A stretch of DNA of 64,000 bases from Vicugna vicugna. Lineage: Eukaryota. The notes below the pieces were generated by a model, which was not told the DNA's origin, did no database searches, and saw nothing but the letters and a program-made list of their open reading frames with translations. Positions within the stretch are counted from its first letter, which is position 1, and each line of letters begins with the position of its first letter. A program made the translations under genes and the position numbers. The DNA lies in the NCBI GenBank assembly GCA_013265495.1, contig MU061578.1, positions 2,613,308 to 2,677,307 on the forward strand, written 5' to 3'. Shown here piece by piece: positions 50,551-62,917 of this stretch.

Positions 50551-51639
50551 CTGCTCGCGCGCACCGCGGGCAAGCGTGGGAGAGGCCTGAGCGGGTCTCA
50601 CCTGCCCGAGGCCAGACTCGCTCAGGCAAAGCTCAGCCTCCAGGTCGCACACGGGTAGTCTCCTTGCCCAAGGAAGGGAGGGGAGAAGGGACAGGCAGAC
50701 ATCCACTTTTCCAACGCCCTGCAAGGATGGTCACCCTGGTCCATGGTACTGTTCTGCATCTTGAATGGTTTGGACGTGGCTGAAAAACTGAGGCTGCTCA
50801 AAAATCGTAGAGAATTCAGCTAGAGGGTGATGTGCTTAATGCAAAGGCACCATCTTCTGAAGCTGTGCTTACCCATCAAGGGTGTTTACTGACCATCATT
50901 ATGGACTAGGCATGGCAATGCAGGAGGAGGTTACAATGGTGACCCTGGCAGGCTTGTCTCTGCCCTGGCAGAGCCCGGTGCCTGGGGGAAAGGTGTTGAT
51001 TGACTGACACTGACAATGGGACAAAGGGCTGCAAAGGAGAAGTGCTGGGGGCACAGGAACCTAAAACAGAAAAGCCTCAGCAAAAAGACAAAGGGAGGAG
51101 ACATTGAGAAATATTTTGGAGTGATGGGTTGATAACTCTGAATGTGCCCCCCATGTGCCCTTAGCACCAGTGTGAAGCTCTCTTCTCAGCTGTGTGACAA
51201 GTTAAGCCAGGAGGTATTTTCTGGACATGTAGGTGTTATACCCAGTGTCCACGGCAGGCTGAGTGAGTGCCAGGCTCCTGTGTGCCCCGAGCTTCCCCAA
51301 TCAAGAGCTGAGACCATGTTGCAATTGCTTGTTTAATTTACCCCCCAAGCTCCTGCAGGGAGTTGCTGCCGCTACCTTGTTCACAATTTTATCCTTAAAA
51401 GCTATCATGGTGGGTGGCACACAGAAGGTGCTCAAGAAACATCTGTTGGATGAGGAAATGGATCTGCTCCCATCCAGGGTTCTCTGCATCCTAAATGCTC
51501 CCCTCCTTGCTCTAGCCCCTTCCTCTCTCCTCTGTCTCTTCCCTCTGCCCCAGCACAAATAAAACCCTATTATTACCCACACTGTACAGAGGAGGAGACT
51601 CAGGCTTAAAGAGGGTAAGAGATGTGCCCAAGACACCCT

Positions 51640-52302
51640 AGCGTGGAAACTGCTGCCACTGAATTGGGAAATCAAAATGCATAGGGTCATTGGATCCCAC
51701 GGTGGCAGAGCCAAGTGGTGGCTCTTAACCACCAAGGCAAGTGGGCATGGTTACCATGACAGACAGCAGAGTCAAAGCAGAAGTCAGAGCAGTCTGACCC
51801 ACACAGAACTATAGCAGAAGCCAATCAAGCATGGTGCTCCAAGAAGTATAGATGGCAAGCCTATTGAATTTCTACTTGATCTGTATAAGCAGAAGAGTTC
51901 CAGATAAGTGAACAAAAGTCTAACTTGAATCATAAAGACAGTCATGACCCCTCAATCAATTCCCAGACTTCAGCCAGTTTACAGACTCAAGGAGGCTGGA
52001 TCCCCTTGAGGAAGGAACCCAGTACACTGTCAAAACTGTATTAATTTTTCTCGCAGCCTTTCCCAAAGGGACCAGCAGCCTTTTATCAGAGTGACTGCAT
52101 TGGGATAAAGGGGGGAAAAAATCAGACATATACAGGATCATTGAACAAAGGCTCTGAACTAACACTAATTCCAAGAGACGTAAAATATCACTAGGGTACA
52201 CCAGTCAGAGTAGAGCTCATGTAGATCAGACAATTAATAGAGTTTTGGCTTCACCAAATCAACAGCAGCCCAATGGGTCAGCAAATCCATCCTGTGGTTA
52301 TT
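51640..52302 (+). mobile_element. ERV-L internal fragment (gag C-terminus to protease), no LTRs, inside an antisense MIR
   Basis: CCCCTCAATCAATTCCCAGACTTCAGCCAGTTTACAGAC, CCCCTTGAGGAAGGA, and TTGAACAAAGGCTCTGAACTAACACTAATTCCA (LNKGSELTLIP, a decayed LDTGSELTLIP protease site) match the ERV-L gag-pro junction. Confidence 0.85.
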
Positions 52303-52864
52303 AATACAGTGGAAGAACTGGGATTCAAACCCAAGGTGTCCAGCTTAGAGTCTGTGCTTTTAACCACAAAACAGTCAGACATCTCTAGGAAGAAAGTATA
52401 ATTCAGAGTTCCAGTCCCCATGCTCCAAGCCCAGACCAAGGTCACGGTGTCAAACTCATCTTCTGCAGCATTTGAAACTAGGCAGGAAAATTAGGTACAA
52501 TTGAAAGGTCATAGGGCCTGACATCAAAAGAAAGGGCATGAGTTTACTAAGCCAGTGGGGCTAGATCCCCCAGGGACCACCCCTCACCTTCCCAGTAGTT
52601 TAACTAGACATGATGGTCAAGGTGAGGGAAAAGCCAGAACAAAGGTAAGCTTTTTTATCCTCACCTGGGGAAATGTCTATAAATTCCTTGGAGGTCCCTC
52701 AGGTATAAAATAAACAAGTGATAAATCAACAAGCTACAGGGATGGAAACTGTGAAATAGGTTATGGATTACTTGAAGGAAGATATGCTTTCTGCATTGGC
52801 AGGGTCTTTGGACTGCCATCCTAACCCATACACCTGCAGAAAAGATGCACCTGACCCCAAAAAG

Positions 52865-53272
52865 AGTTTGGATCCCCCAAAAGCAGAATCCAACACAAGA
52901 ATTCAAGTGCACATAGTATATTTTGGAGGTGATCCAGGAGCCTGGCGATAGACTGAGGACATGGGGTAGGGAAGGAAAGGCAGCTTATAAGGGATTTGTT
53001 GGCAACCAAGTTACCAGTGTGGACACCTAGAGCAAATCCAACTGGGAGAAAATGTAGACGGTGCACCTCAGAGTCATCCCAACTAAGGGGACAGGAGCTG
53101 AGTATTCACTAAATCTTGACCGACAGCTACTCCCTAGAGGGTTCTAATTTCCAAGTGCTTCTGGCAAAGTGGGCATTGGTAGCCATAGAGAGCCTCAGGC
53201 AAAGGCAAGTCAGCACATACAGAAGTGGTGAGGGAAAGGGATGTGGGCAAGGACCACAACACCATCTGCTAC
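52865..53272 (-). mobile_element. LTR16-family (ERV-L) solo LTR
   Basis: TTTGGATCCCCCAAAAGCAGA...CAAGAATTCAAGTGCA...TTTGGAGGTGATCC through CACCATCTGCTACA matches reverse LTR16. Confidence 0.75.
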
Positions 53273-55399
53273 AGTGCTAGCCCTGCTCCTTTGGCAGGTC
53301 CCAAAGATGCCTGGATTCTCACAGTGGGCCTCAGAGAGCAGGTTAGTTCAGCCGGGGCTTTGGGGGCAGAGCCCAATTTGTATTCTGGGTTCACTCTCAG
53401 CTGCAGCATCTCAGGCAGGAAAACTGACCTTTAGGAGCTGCATTTTCCTCATCTGTAAAATAGGCTAACAGTACCTTACGGATTATTGTGAGAATTGAAC
53501 GGAATTGTGCATATAAAGCTCTTAGCCTAATGTATAAGGGCTCAAAAAGAAAGCATATTTATTAATATCATTCACTCATGTGTTTTTTTTTAAAGGGAAG
53601 ACAAATCTGGCCCTGCAGTTGGCAGGGCCTGAGGCTTCAAGATGCAATGAGGGAGAGAAGGAGGGAGATTGAATAAGGATGAGTCTGAGAGCCCAGGGCC
53701 CGAGGACAGCCGCATCCTGCCTTGGAGCCAGGTCAGCCACAAGAAACTGAGTCTGATGTCTGAAGCTGGTCATAAACTGGGGCATGAGGAACACAAACCC
53801 TATAGTTTCCCTGCTGAAATCCCTCCTGCAAACATCCAGCCGTCTGGGAGGTATAGGGAGGAATCCGCAGTTAGGACCACTCTCTTGCCACTAACACCCA
53901 CCTTAGGTTGTCAGCTGTGGGCCAGGGCTCCATCAAGAGGAGAGAGTTACTTTCCCCAAGCTCCCATCCACCCGAGCTATCCAGGCACTGACCCCACCCC
54001 CCAGAAGAATAGATCCCTGATCCCAAGGCATTGCTGCTTCCTCTCCAATGAGAAATCCCAACAGTGGGTACTGACCCTTCCAAATCCATAACTTCTTTAG
54101 GCAACTGACCCCCAAACTGACCTCCAAGCCGTGTATCCACTGGTGCCACCTACAACACATCACCCACAGCAGGACTCCCAATATACCCTACCGACAGCCA
54201 GGACCCCCAGGGTCCTGAACTGAAAAGTCAGGATTTACACTGTTCAGCACCATTGCTGAGAATCCCGTAAGTCCTGTCACGTCCCATCAGTAATCACCGG
54301 GGTCAGTGAGGCTTTCTCCCCCCACACTGTGCCCCAGGTCACCATGCGCCTTTGCTCAGTCTCCTGGCTTCTACTGCATTTGGAATGCACGTAAGTCTGT
54401 GAGTCCTGCCCCTATAATTACACAGGGGCTCACAGTTCCTACCAGGGCCATCAATGAGCTTCCCATCAGCCCAACTATGAGGGTACAATCCTGCTGGTGG
54501 TTTATTCTTAATTTTAATTTTTTGTTAAACTTTTTTTTACTTATCAAGATGCAAATGACATTCCAACAAGCCACCAGATTCCAGCTTCAAAAATGTCACT
54601 TTTTCCTTTGTCACATCTCACCTTTAATTCTGGGATGTGACTGGAATCCCATGTTTTTCTTCTCCTTCTCCCAGGGATCATCACAACCCAACTCTTTATC
54701 TACTTAAACTGTTTACACACAGGGTTTCTGAGGGTCTCTCCTATGACCCCCAGCACCCACATTTTCCCTCCTCAGCTCTGAACCAAACTGGAGAGCAGGC
54801 GTCTGTCACAAAGAAAAGCAAACATCAGACGTCAGCGTTTATCTAAACCCTTCCTGCAGGCCCTCCTCTAGGCGTCCTGGGCACGTGGATGCTTGTCTTG
54901 ATTATCCAAATCTCCCCTCCTCGTGTTCTTACTAAGTGGGTATGCGCTGTGTCCCATTGTTTTCTACTGTGAGGTGCTGATTGCTGCAAGAGCCTTTTAA
55001 TACACATACAACACTTAGAACAAAGACGAATCCCTGCCTTCTCTCTGGCACGACTGCACCATAAATTGCAGAGTTTAGAGAAGAGAGCGTCAAAGGCAGC
55101 GCCCACACAGCCTGTGGGCGGGAGAGACAATTCTGGGAGAGGCGGGAGTCAGGCCCCAGCCCCAACACTAGCATCTTGAGTTTGTGTGGGCAATGGGATA
55201 AAAACTCATAATCATGAACTATTGAACCCACTAAAACTGTATGTGCATACTTCCATTTTACTCAGTGGGAGATATGATTCTGAATTCAAATTCACAAAAG
55301 GTTCCACGACCCACCCCCAAAAGGCAAGAACTACCAAACTGCATTCACTTCAATACTGAATATACCTTGATCTTGAATATAACCAAGGAACGGAGAAAG

Positions 55400-56100
55400 C
55401 GGGAAATGTCATTGTTTGGATGCCTCCACTGTGCAGGGCACAAGCGTGAACCATCACATCTATTTCTCATACTAACTCCATGAAGTAATTATTATCAACA
55501 GCCCCATTTTTCAGATAAGGGACTGAGGATGGAGAGTACAAGTTACTTCCATCCAGTTGATAAGAGCTTTGGTAATAATATTAGCAAAATAATAACAGCT
55601 GATGGGTTTTGAGAGCTTATTCTGTCTCGGGCACTGTTCTAAACACTTTATTATGTTAACAAACTAAACCTTCACTACAGCTCATTGAGGCCTCTACTAT
55701 TATTATTATTATTATTACTATCACCATTTTACAGACGAGAAAGCTGAAGAATAGAGCTGGAACTTGCATCTCAATTGTCTGCCTTGAACTCATGCTCTTA
55801 AATTCTCAGTGACACCACCTCCCAGAACTTTCTGGTGATCACTACAAGCTCAGGCTGACTTTGTTTAGAACCAACAAAGACCACAAGGTGTTCTCTAATA
55901 ATTCCAGATTTAACATTAGCAAGAGCCTCACCCTTAGTTCTCTCTGTATTCAAACACCACTCACCACCCAAGAGGCTGCGCATCCGTGTTAGTAACAAAA
56001 CAAGAGATGAAGAAAGCTCACCCAAGACTGCAGTAAGTGATGAAAATCAGGTTTGAACCCAGGCATGTCTGTTTTGTGAGCCTGAGCTCTAAGCCACATG
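55400..56100 (-). mobile_element. Cluster of MIR fragments
   Basis: CCCATTTTTCAGATAAGGGACTGAGG; GGCACTGTTCTAAACACTTT...CCATTTTACAGACGAGAAAGCTGA; GGTTTGAACCCAGGCATGTCTG. Confidence 0.75.
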
Positions 56101-56675
56101 CAGCCATCTGCCCAACATCTTCTTTTCCTGCATAGAAAACCCTGGCTTAATGGAAGGCAATGACGTCCCTGGAAGGTCCACATGAGGCACAGAGGGTAGA
56201 TAGCAGGCTCCTAGTCACCTCCAGAAGATTATACCAGAGAAAATCAAATATCAACCACGTGGGTTGGGAGACAACCTTGATTAACCAAATAGAAGTGGAA
56301 ATTCCCCATCCCTTGGGCTGAGCAGAGTCTACTAAGACAGAACAGAAGTGTCTTTCATCTTTCCTCTCACACTGCTGCCAATGCTCAGCAAGAGTCCCAG
56401 TGGGTAAGACTACCTGTGTTTGCATCCCAGCTCTGCCATTATACCATTTTATGAACATGAATAAAATCATTTGCCAAGCAATGCCTCCAAAGCTAAGTAG
56501 AATTTATACAGTAATAATTACCTCTGTTCTACACACATGCATACACAAACACACACACTCAAACACAGATGAAATTTAAGGATCCTGAGGAAGTGAATGC
56601 TTGCAAAGAAGATAACGTGTTATCTTCTCATCATAGACCTGTGGCATCTGACTCCTCATTTACATCTAGGCAGGA

Positions 56676-56682
<7 letters not shown>

Positions 56683-56706
<24 letters not shown>

Positions 56707-56751
56707 CCCCCACCCCGTCTCTGTCTCTGTCTCTGTCTCTGTCTCTCTCTC
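56683..56751. repeat. (TC)n plus (CTCTGT)n simple repeat
   Basis: Seen directly; it produces the low-complexity ORFs at 56569-56822. Confidence 0.9.
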
Positions 56752-56878
56752 ACTATTACCTCTCTTCCTCCTAGGCTTCCTCCTATTTTTGTCAACACAT
56801 AAACCCCAGTAACCCTAGCCACATACCCCTTTTCTTGCTAGCTGGATCCCTGCTTTCCCATTGCTGCTGGGCATGTAC

Positions 56879-56899
56879 TTCAGCACCACGGCCAGAGCA
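56879..56899 (+). promoter_or_regulatory. RE1/NRSE (REST-binding) element
   Basis: TTCAGCACCACGGCCAGAGCA versus consensus TTCAGCACCACGGACAGCGCC: 18/21 identical with canonical spacing. Confidence 0.6.
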
Positions 56900-57664
56900 A
56901 ATATCCCCTTTTTCTTCAGGGAAGTGGATGCCTGAATTTCTGACTCAACCTCTGTCCCCATGAATCTCTCTCACTCCCTCTTGCTCCCCTTCTTCCTCCC
57001 CCTCCCTTCCTCTCTCATCTTCCCTCCTTTCCTCTCCTTCTCTTTCCTTCTACCTAATGCTGTTTGAGCACACTTGTGGTGATGTCAAAGTTGTACCCAA
57101 GGAGGGAAGTTGCTATGACAGATACAGGGACACAATCCAGCTAGCCAAGAAAACACTGCTTATGCAGGTCCCAGGCACAAGCACCACCTGGAGATACCAT
57201 GTCTTGGCTCTGACATCTAACTTGCTGGGCACTGGGCCCCTGTAGAAAGGTCTAGGGATCTTAAGGGTTAAATACTGATGACCATGCTGCACTTACCAGT
57301 CCCAGTCACTCCAAACATGACATTTCCATCCCAGTCCAGAACAGGGAAAATACTGAGGAATAAATAGTGTAAGAAGTGAGTTCTCAGATTCTTCCTCACT
57401 GCCCACACTTGCTATCCTCTCCTACTTGCAATTAACAAAGGACAGTGTGTGTTACACACATGCAAGCATGTGTGTAACTGGCTCTGTGTGTACATATATG
57501 CTGTAGGTGAGGCAGAGAGGATTAGAGAGAGAGAGAGGTGTCCATGAACAATCCTAACAATAGGATGGGATGCAGGCCAGATCAATCTAAGAGCAGAAAA
57601 AACAACAGATGTTATCCACCTGAGAAGAGGTTCATTACCGTGTGCAAATAATTTCAAAAGAGCT

Positions 57665-57840
57665 AACATTTTTGATCAATGGACATAGCCAGGCACTGCT
57701 GACTGCTTTGTATGCATCATACCATCCAGTCATGACAACAACTCTATGAGATAGGCACTATTCCCATTTTACAGATAAGAACACTAAGGCTCAGAGAGGT
57801 TGGGCAACTTGATTGGAGTCACACAGCTAGGAAGTGACAG
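57665..57840 (-). mobile_element. MIR SINE
   Basis: CCCATTTTACAGATAAGAACACTAAGGCTCAGAGAGG...GTCACACAGCTAGGAAGTG. Confidence 0.85.
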
Positions 57841-58083
57841 ACAGACACAAGCATGAGCATAAAAAAGGCAAGAGCAACATGATTTTAAGGGCAAAAACTA
57901 GTCCTACACCGAGAAGTTCAACAAATTAGAGTTCAGCAAACCTGGAGAGTATCTTTTCCCCTGTCTTCTAATCTCAACAAAGAATTTTTGTAAAGACAAT
58001 GCTGATGAGTCTTTCTCCATGTGTATGGAACAACAACAACAAAAAAAAAGGAAAATGAGAATTCAAAGCGTAAGTGTTTTCAT

Positions 58084-58266
58084 GGGGGTGGGTATAGCTC
58101 AGTGATAGGGTGCATGCTTAGCATGCACAAAGGTTCAATTTCCAGTACCTCCATTAAAAAATAAGTAAATAAATAAATAAACTTAATTACCTCCCCTCCA
58201 AAAAAAACAAAAGAATTTTTAAAATATGTAAAATCAATAAGGCAGCTCAAAACATTATTTAAAACG
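58084..58266 (+). mobile_element. Second camelid tRNA-derived SINE (Vic-1 type) with TSD
   Basis: GGGGGTGGGTATAGCTCAGTGATAGGGTGCATGCTTAGCATGCAC; shares TAATTACCTCCCC with the first copy; AAG(C/A)GTAAGTGTTTT at 58066-58080 and 58267-58281. Confidence 0.9.
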
Positions 58267-58323
58267 AAGAGTAAGTGTTTTTAGTTGGATAGATGATAGA
58301 GCGTGTGTATGTGTGTGTGTATC

Positions 58324-58354
<31 letters not shown>

Positions 58355-59359
58355 CCCAGGACATTAACACTGTGATGCAAACAGCAGTGGACAAGGGAAC
58401 TGGGAAACCTGAATTGAAATTCTGGCTCTTCTAATAACTTGCTTCAGTCATCTGGGTCTCAGCCTCCCTCCACTACACCCACCCTCCAGCTGCCAAAAAG
58501 GAGGGGTTCTGACAAAGTTATCTGAACCTTCCAGCTACAGCCATGTATGTTCCCAAAAGGTGCCAAAAAAAAAAAAAAACCCACCAGCACTGGCCCCTCT
58601 CTCCCCCTCTAGGAACTTAAGGAGCAGGGCATTCCCAGCCACCAGTGGGAGCCACATCTGATTTCAGTCCCCCAGGAAAATGCTCGCTGAGTCTGCCTGG
58701 AGTGCCAGCTGCCCTCCCCCCACCCAGTCCCCTCTGAAGCCAGTCACACGCCCACCCCCTTCAGGTGCTAATCCATCAGCCAGGTTTCCTGGGGAAACAG
58801 AACTCATTCTTAAGCTCTCTTTTATGGCTTTTACCCAGAATTGATTTGAATAAATCAGTCTAATGCTCTCTCTACAATGGAACCAATTGTAAAAAAGCTT
58901 TATTTGTTCAGCTCTGAAAGCAGGTTGGAGCTTTCTTCTTCCCATTCCAAGGCTGATGGGGGGAAAAAAAGGAAACATGCACAATAAATTTGATAAAGGA
59001 GGATCTCTCAAAAGGTGGGGACCCAAAATCCCCCCAGGATTCCCCAGCAAAGGGGTCCCTGCAGGACTCATACCTGAAGAAGGAAGCCAAAGGTGATCAA
59101 ATGGAATTTAAGTTTATCTGCTCCTGATGCTAATGCTTTGATATGATACCTGCTGTGCTCATCCAGAGGCTTGAGGAAGCAAGCTTTCCCTGAAATATTC
59201 TGTTTTCCTGGTTCCTCTGATTTCTTCTCTCTCAGAAAGGACAGAGCAACAGCTAACCTCCAATGTGCTCAGCCCTGCATCAAGTCACAAAGGCACCTTA
59301 GTTCAATAATCCCAGTGACAAGGGGATGAGTTTCTTTCTATTCTGCAAAAGCCCCCAAG

Positions 59360-60005
59360 TCTTTCATACCTCAGGACTTTTGCATGTGCTGTTTAACTGC
59401 CTCATTCCAATTCCACACACACACACACCCAGCTCTGCAAGGCTGGCTTCTTCTCTTTCTTCATCTCTCTTCCCCAATGCCACCTCCCCCTAGGGCTCTT
59501 CCCCAGATACCCCAGTATAAATTAGGTCCTCACTATTATTCTCTCAAGGGCCATCTTGTTTTTCTTCTCCATATCACTTCATAGCACAGAAGCAAGACAC
59601 CATCTTGTTTAAGGGTACAGGTTTGGGAGCCAGGGACCTGAGAATGAATCCTCACTTCTCCTCATATTAGATGTTGACTTGGGGAAAGTTAATCACTCTG
59701 TGCCTCAGTATCCTCACCTGAAAAGTGGGAGTTATAAAAGCACCCACCTCTCAGAGCTGCTGTAAAGATTAACTCAGCTGATATCTGTAAGGTGCTTAGA
59801 AATGTACCTGGCAGGAGGTAACCACTCCATAAGTGTTTGCTGTTATTTGTGTTATGACTGTTTGATGCATGCCTGTCCCCCGACTTGCCTGTGTGCTCCA
59901 AGAGAACAGAGCTTGGTCATCTTGTTTCTCGTGAGAGCCCCAAGGCCATGTTGAGTGTCCGGCACATCCAGGTACCAAAAAAATACTTATTGAATGAGTG
60001 GAAAT
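59360..60005 (+). mobile_element. L2 3' end interrupted by a MIR (~59605-59850)
   Basis: CCTCAGGACTTTTGCATGTGCTG ... CTCTGTGCCTCAGTATCCTCACCTGAAAAGTGGG ... AAATACTTATTGAATGAGTG. Confidence 0.78.
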
Positions 60006-60699
60006 TTTGTTTGTTTGTTTTACTGTGTTCACTTCACACAGGCTTTAGAGAGACAAAGCAGAAATGGCACTGATTTTTACCATTTCACAGCTAAGGCTGG
60101 AAAATTTGATTTATCCAAGCCTGGACAATCAGGTGTCCAAGCAAGGTGAGAGTCTGTGTAGCCAACACTTTTCCCACTAGAAGGCAGGAAGCAGAAGCCT
60201 GGGGCTGCCCCTCTCCCTGTGGGACCTGAGACAACCACACCTCAGCAATAAAGATGTCATAGCTCAGTTCAAGGCCCAGGGAACAGGCTTGAAAACCTGC
60301 CGCACCTGCCCCTCCCAGGGGATTCTGATGAGCTACAAAAATCAGGTCCAGGGCTCTGGATGATGGTACAAGAAGGGGGCAGAGGCGGCAATAAAGGGAC
60401 CAAGGACTCAGGATTCAGAGGGTCCTCACTCTCAAATGAACACGTCCAGCAGGGGAGTATGCTCACAAAGTGGACTGACATTTAAAATCAAGCACAAGTA
60501 GGGACCACATATACTTTTGTTCACCATTATCCCCAGTGCTCTTGGCAAAGGGCTGCCCTTGGTGATTATTTGTTGAATGAGTGAATGAATATACTGATGG
60601 CTGAATGAATGGATGAAATTACAGCAACAATGATAACCCTCATTTGTCCAGCTTCCTCCTTTCTCTTTCTAACTCCTTTGGGGACATAGAACCTCATCA

Positions 60700-60940
60700 T
60701 GGCTAAGAGGACATACATTGAAACTGCTAGGGTTCAAATCCCAGCTCTATCATTTACTAGCTGTGTGACACTAAGTAGGTGTGAAGCCTCTGTGCCTCAG
60801 TTTCCCCATCTATAAAATGGGGTGTTAATTAGCCCTTCCTGTGAGACTGTGAGGTTTGGATGAACTCTTTTATATTAAGCACCTGGAACAGTATCTGGCA
60901 CACAGCAAGTGTGCAAAATAAGTGTTAGCTGTTACTGTTA
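60700..60940 (+). mobile_element. MIR SINE, near full length
   Basis: GGGTTCAAATCCCAGCTCTATCATTTACTAGCTGTGTGAC...CTCTGTGCCTCAGTTTCCCCATCTATAAAATGGGG...TGGCACACAGCAAG. Confidence 0.9.
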
Positions 60941-61129
60941 CCATACTGGCTTTTCTCTGTATGTTTATTATTTTCAGCCTATATTTGATTTGCCTCTCGC
61001 TATAAGCTTCCTTGAGCCCTTCTGGGGAAGAGACAGAACACAAATCAATTTAATAAATGAACTACTCAAATATAACATTTACAGAGTGGACTTAATCTAA
61101 CAGGTTTTCTCCTAATAAGACACACTTGC

Positions 61130-61490
61130 AAATTAAACTGTCTAATTTGGTAAATATCTTTTGAAATGCTAAATGCTCATACCCTCTGCCCCAGAAATCT
61201 CACTTCGAGGGATTGATCTTAAAGATACACTCATATGAGTGAGCCAAGGTGGTGTACAAGGAAACACTGCAGCATCGTTTGGGAAAGCAAACAACCGGAA
61301 ACAACTGTGTCCATGCATGGAAGATCAGCTAAATGAATTTATGATGTAGCCTAAAGCAGAATGTATGCTGCTACTAAAAAATGGAGCAAAGTTTTATGCA
61401 TTGACATGGAAAGATTGCCAAGATATATTGTTTATGAAAAAAAAAGAAGTTGCAGAATGTTGTAGAAAGAGGGACTTCATTTGTGCTTGT
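61130..61490 (+). mobile_element. L1ME fragment
   Basis: CATACCCTCTGCCCCAGAAATCTCACTTC...TATGCATTGACATGGAAAGATTGCCAAGATATATTGTT. Confidence 0.75.
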
Positions 61491-61944
61491 AAATACACAG
61501 ACACACATACACATACACACACACACATATATGTACATACACACACATCTACATACATGCACACACACTCACACCACAGTCATTATGCATATTTTAAAGA
61601 TAAAGGAGCTGAGGTTCAGAACACTAAGGTCCCACAGCTAAGATATGACAACCTACACTCTTACCCATTCTGCCTTGTGACAGGGTCTCAACACAGAGAG
61701 ACACGGTGGAGATTAGAGCACAGCTCCAAGGAGCCATCCCTGTAACAGATAAAGAGAAGCTAAAACAGCCAAGAATGCTGACATTGAGCGGAGCCCGGGG
61801 GTATGAACCGGCTCTTTTATCTCGGCTCGTTTCACTGTCTTGTTGTGTCTCTCTCTGACTTCAGCATTTGGGATAACACTTTCTAAAAAGGTGCCATTCT
61901 CCAAAAAAAAAAAAAATCAATCAATCAATAAAATAAAAAGGTGA

Positions 61945-62312
61945 AAGTAAAAAATAGACAAAATGGGTCATATGCACATATGGACCATTATTCAGTCTTA
62001 AAAAGGAGTAGAATTAACACATGCTACAGCATGGATGAAACTTGAAGACATTGTGCTTGGTGAAACAAGCCAGACACAAGAGGACAAATGTTACATGAAT
62101 ACACTTAAATGAGGTGCTTGGGGGAGGGGAGAGAGTGGGAGTGAGTGATTAATGCGTAAGGAGATTCAGTCTGGGAAGATGAAAAAGTTCTGGAGATGGA
62201 CGGTGGGGTGGCTATACAACAACGTGAATGTACTAATGCTACTCGATTGTAAGCTTGACAATGATTAAAATAGCAAATTTTATGGTACGACTATTTTACC
62301 ACCCCAAAAAAA
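61945..62312 (+). mobile_element. L1MB 3' end
   Basis: TTATTCAGTCTTAAAAAGGA...CATGCTACAGCATGGATGAAACTTGAAGACATT...GGGAAGATGAAAAAGTTCTGGAGATGGA. Confidence 0.88.
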
Positions 62313-62917
62313 GTTTCTAAAGTGTGCTATTCTCCTAAGCCACATAGAAAATCAATGGAAATCCATGTGGAAAAAAACCTGAGGGAGGTGAATAGGATTA
62401 GGGCTGGAGACAGAGGCTCAGCTATGAGTACCACCAGCCCACCCCTCACCCCAGTGTCTCTGTCCTACTCTCTCTCTGCCTTCAACCTAAAGCAGTTGGT
62501 TGAATTATAAATTACTTTCAAATTTAGGCTTCATGACAACACTCATGAGTCCCAAAGTCACACTCTCCTGCTCTGAGCATGCAATAGGAATTTCCACCCT
62601 GGCAATTGGTTCTGGTTTGGGGTGGCTTGAAGGATGTGTGGCTTCTCCTTGTAGCATCGCCCTCAAAAATGTAAGGCCATGTCCCCCAAATGACTCAGAT
62701 TCACTCAGTGATTGGTGATGCATAGATTCATCCAAAACTACTTGAATCATGTATTGGTTAGAATGCCTCTGGAGTCAAGCAACAAAAAATCTGGACTCAA
62801 CCTGACCCACCCAGTAAGGAAATGTATTTTCTCATACACATGGCAGGCCAGAGGGAGAGCAGGGTCCAGGTGCCTTATGCATCTGGATAATTCCATCAAG
62901 ATCTAGGCTCTCTCACT

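Larger units (their letters stand above)
49900..50660. promoter_or_regulatory. CpG island / promoter and 5' region of the minus-strand gene
   Basis: Only strongly GC- and CpG-dense stretch in the window (e.g. GAGCGCGGGCTCGG, TTCGCGCGGCTCGGCTCGG, CTCGCGCGCACCGCGGG), surrounding the Kozak ATG exon. Confidence 0.85.

Noticed and set aside
49995..50724. Other long ORFs over the CpG island, including a plus-strand ATG in the palindromic GCCATGGC
   Set aside because: Stop codons are rare in GC-rich DNA. Only the minus-strand MASPSG frame has both a Kozak start and a consensus donor.
50733..50753. Second RE1-like site (AACAGTACCATGGACCAGGGT, minus strand)
   Set aside because: Too many mismatches in both half-sites.
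58639..58652. CTCF-like CCACCAGTGGGAGC
   Set aside because: Two mismatches in the core; too weak without data.
61786..61835. Small CpG-containing hairpin as a possible miRNA or ncRNA
   Set aside because: The stem is only about 7 bp and imperfect, too short for a pre-miRNA.
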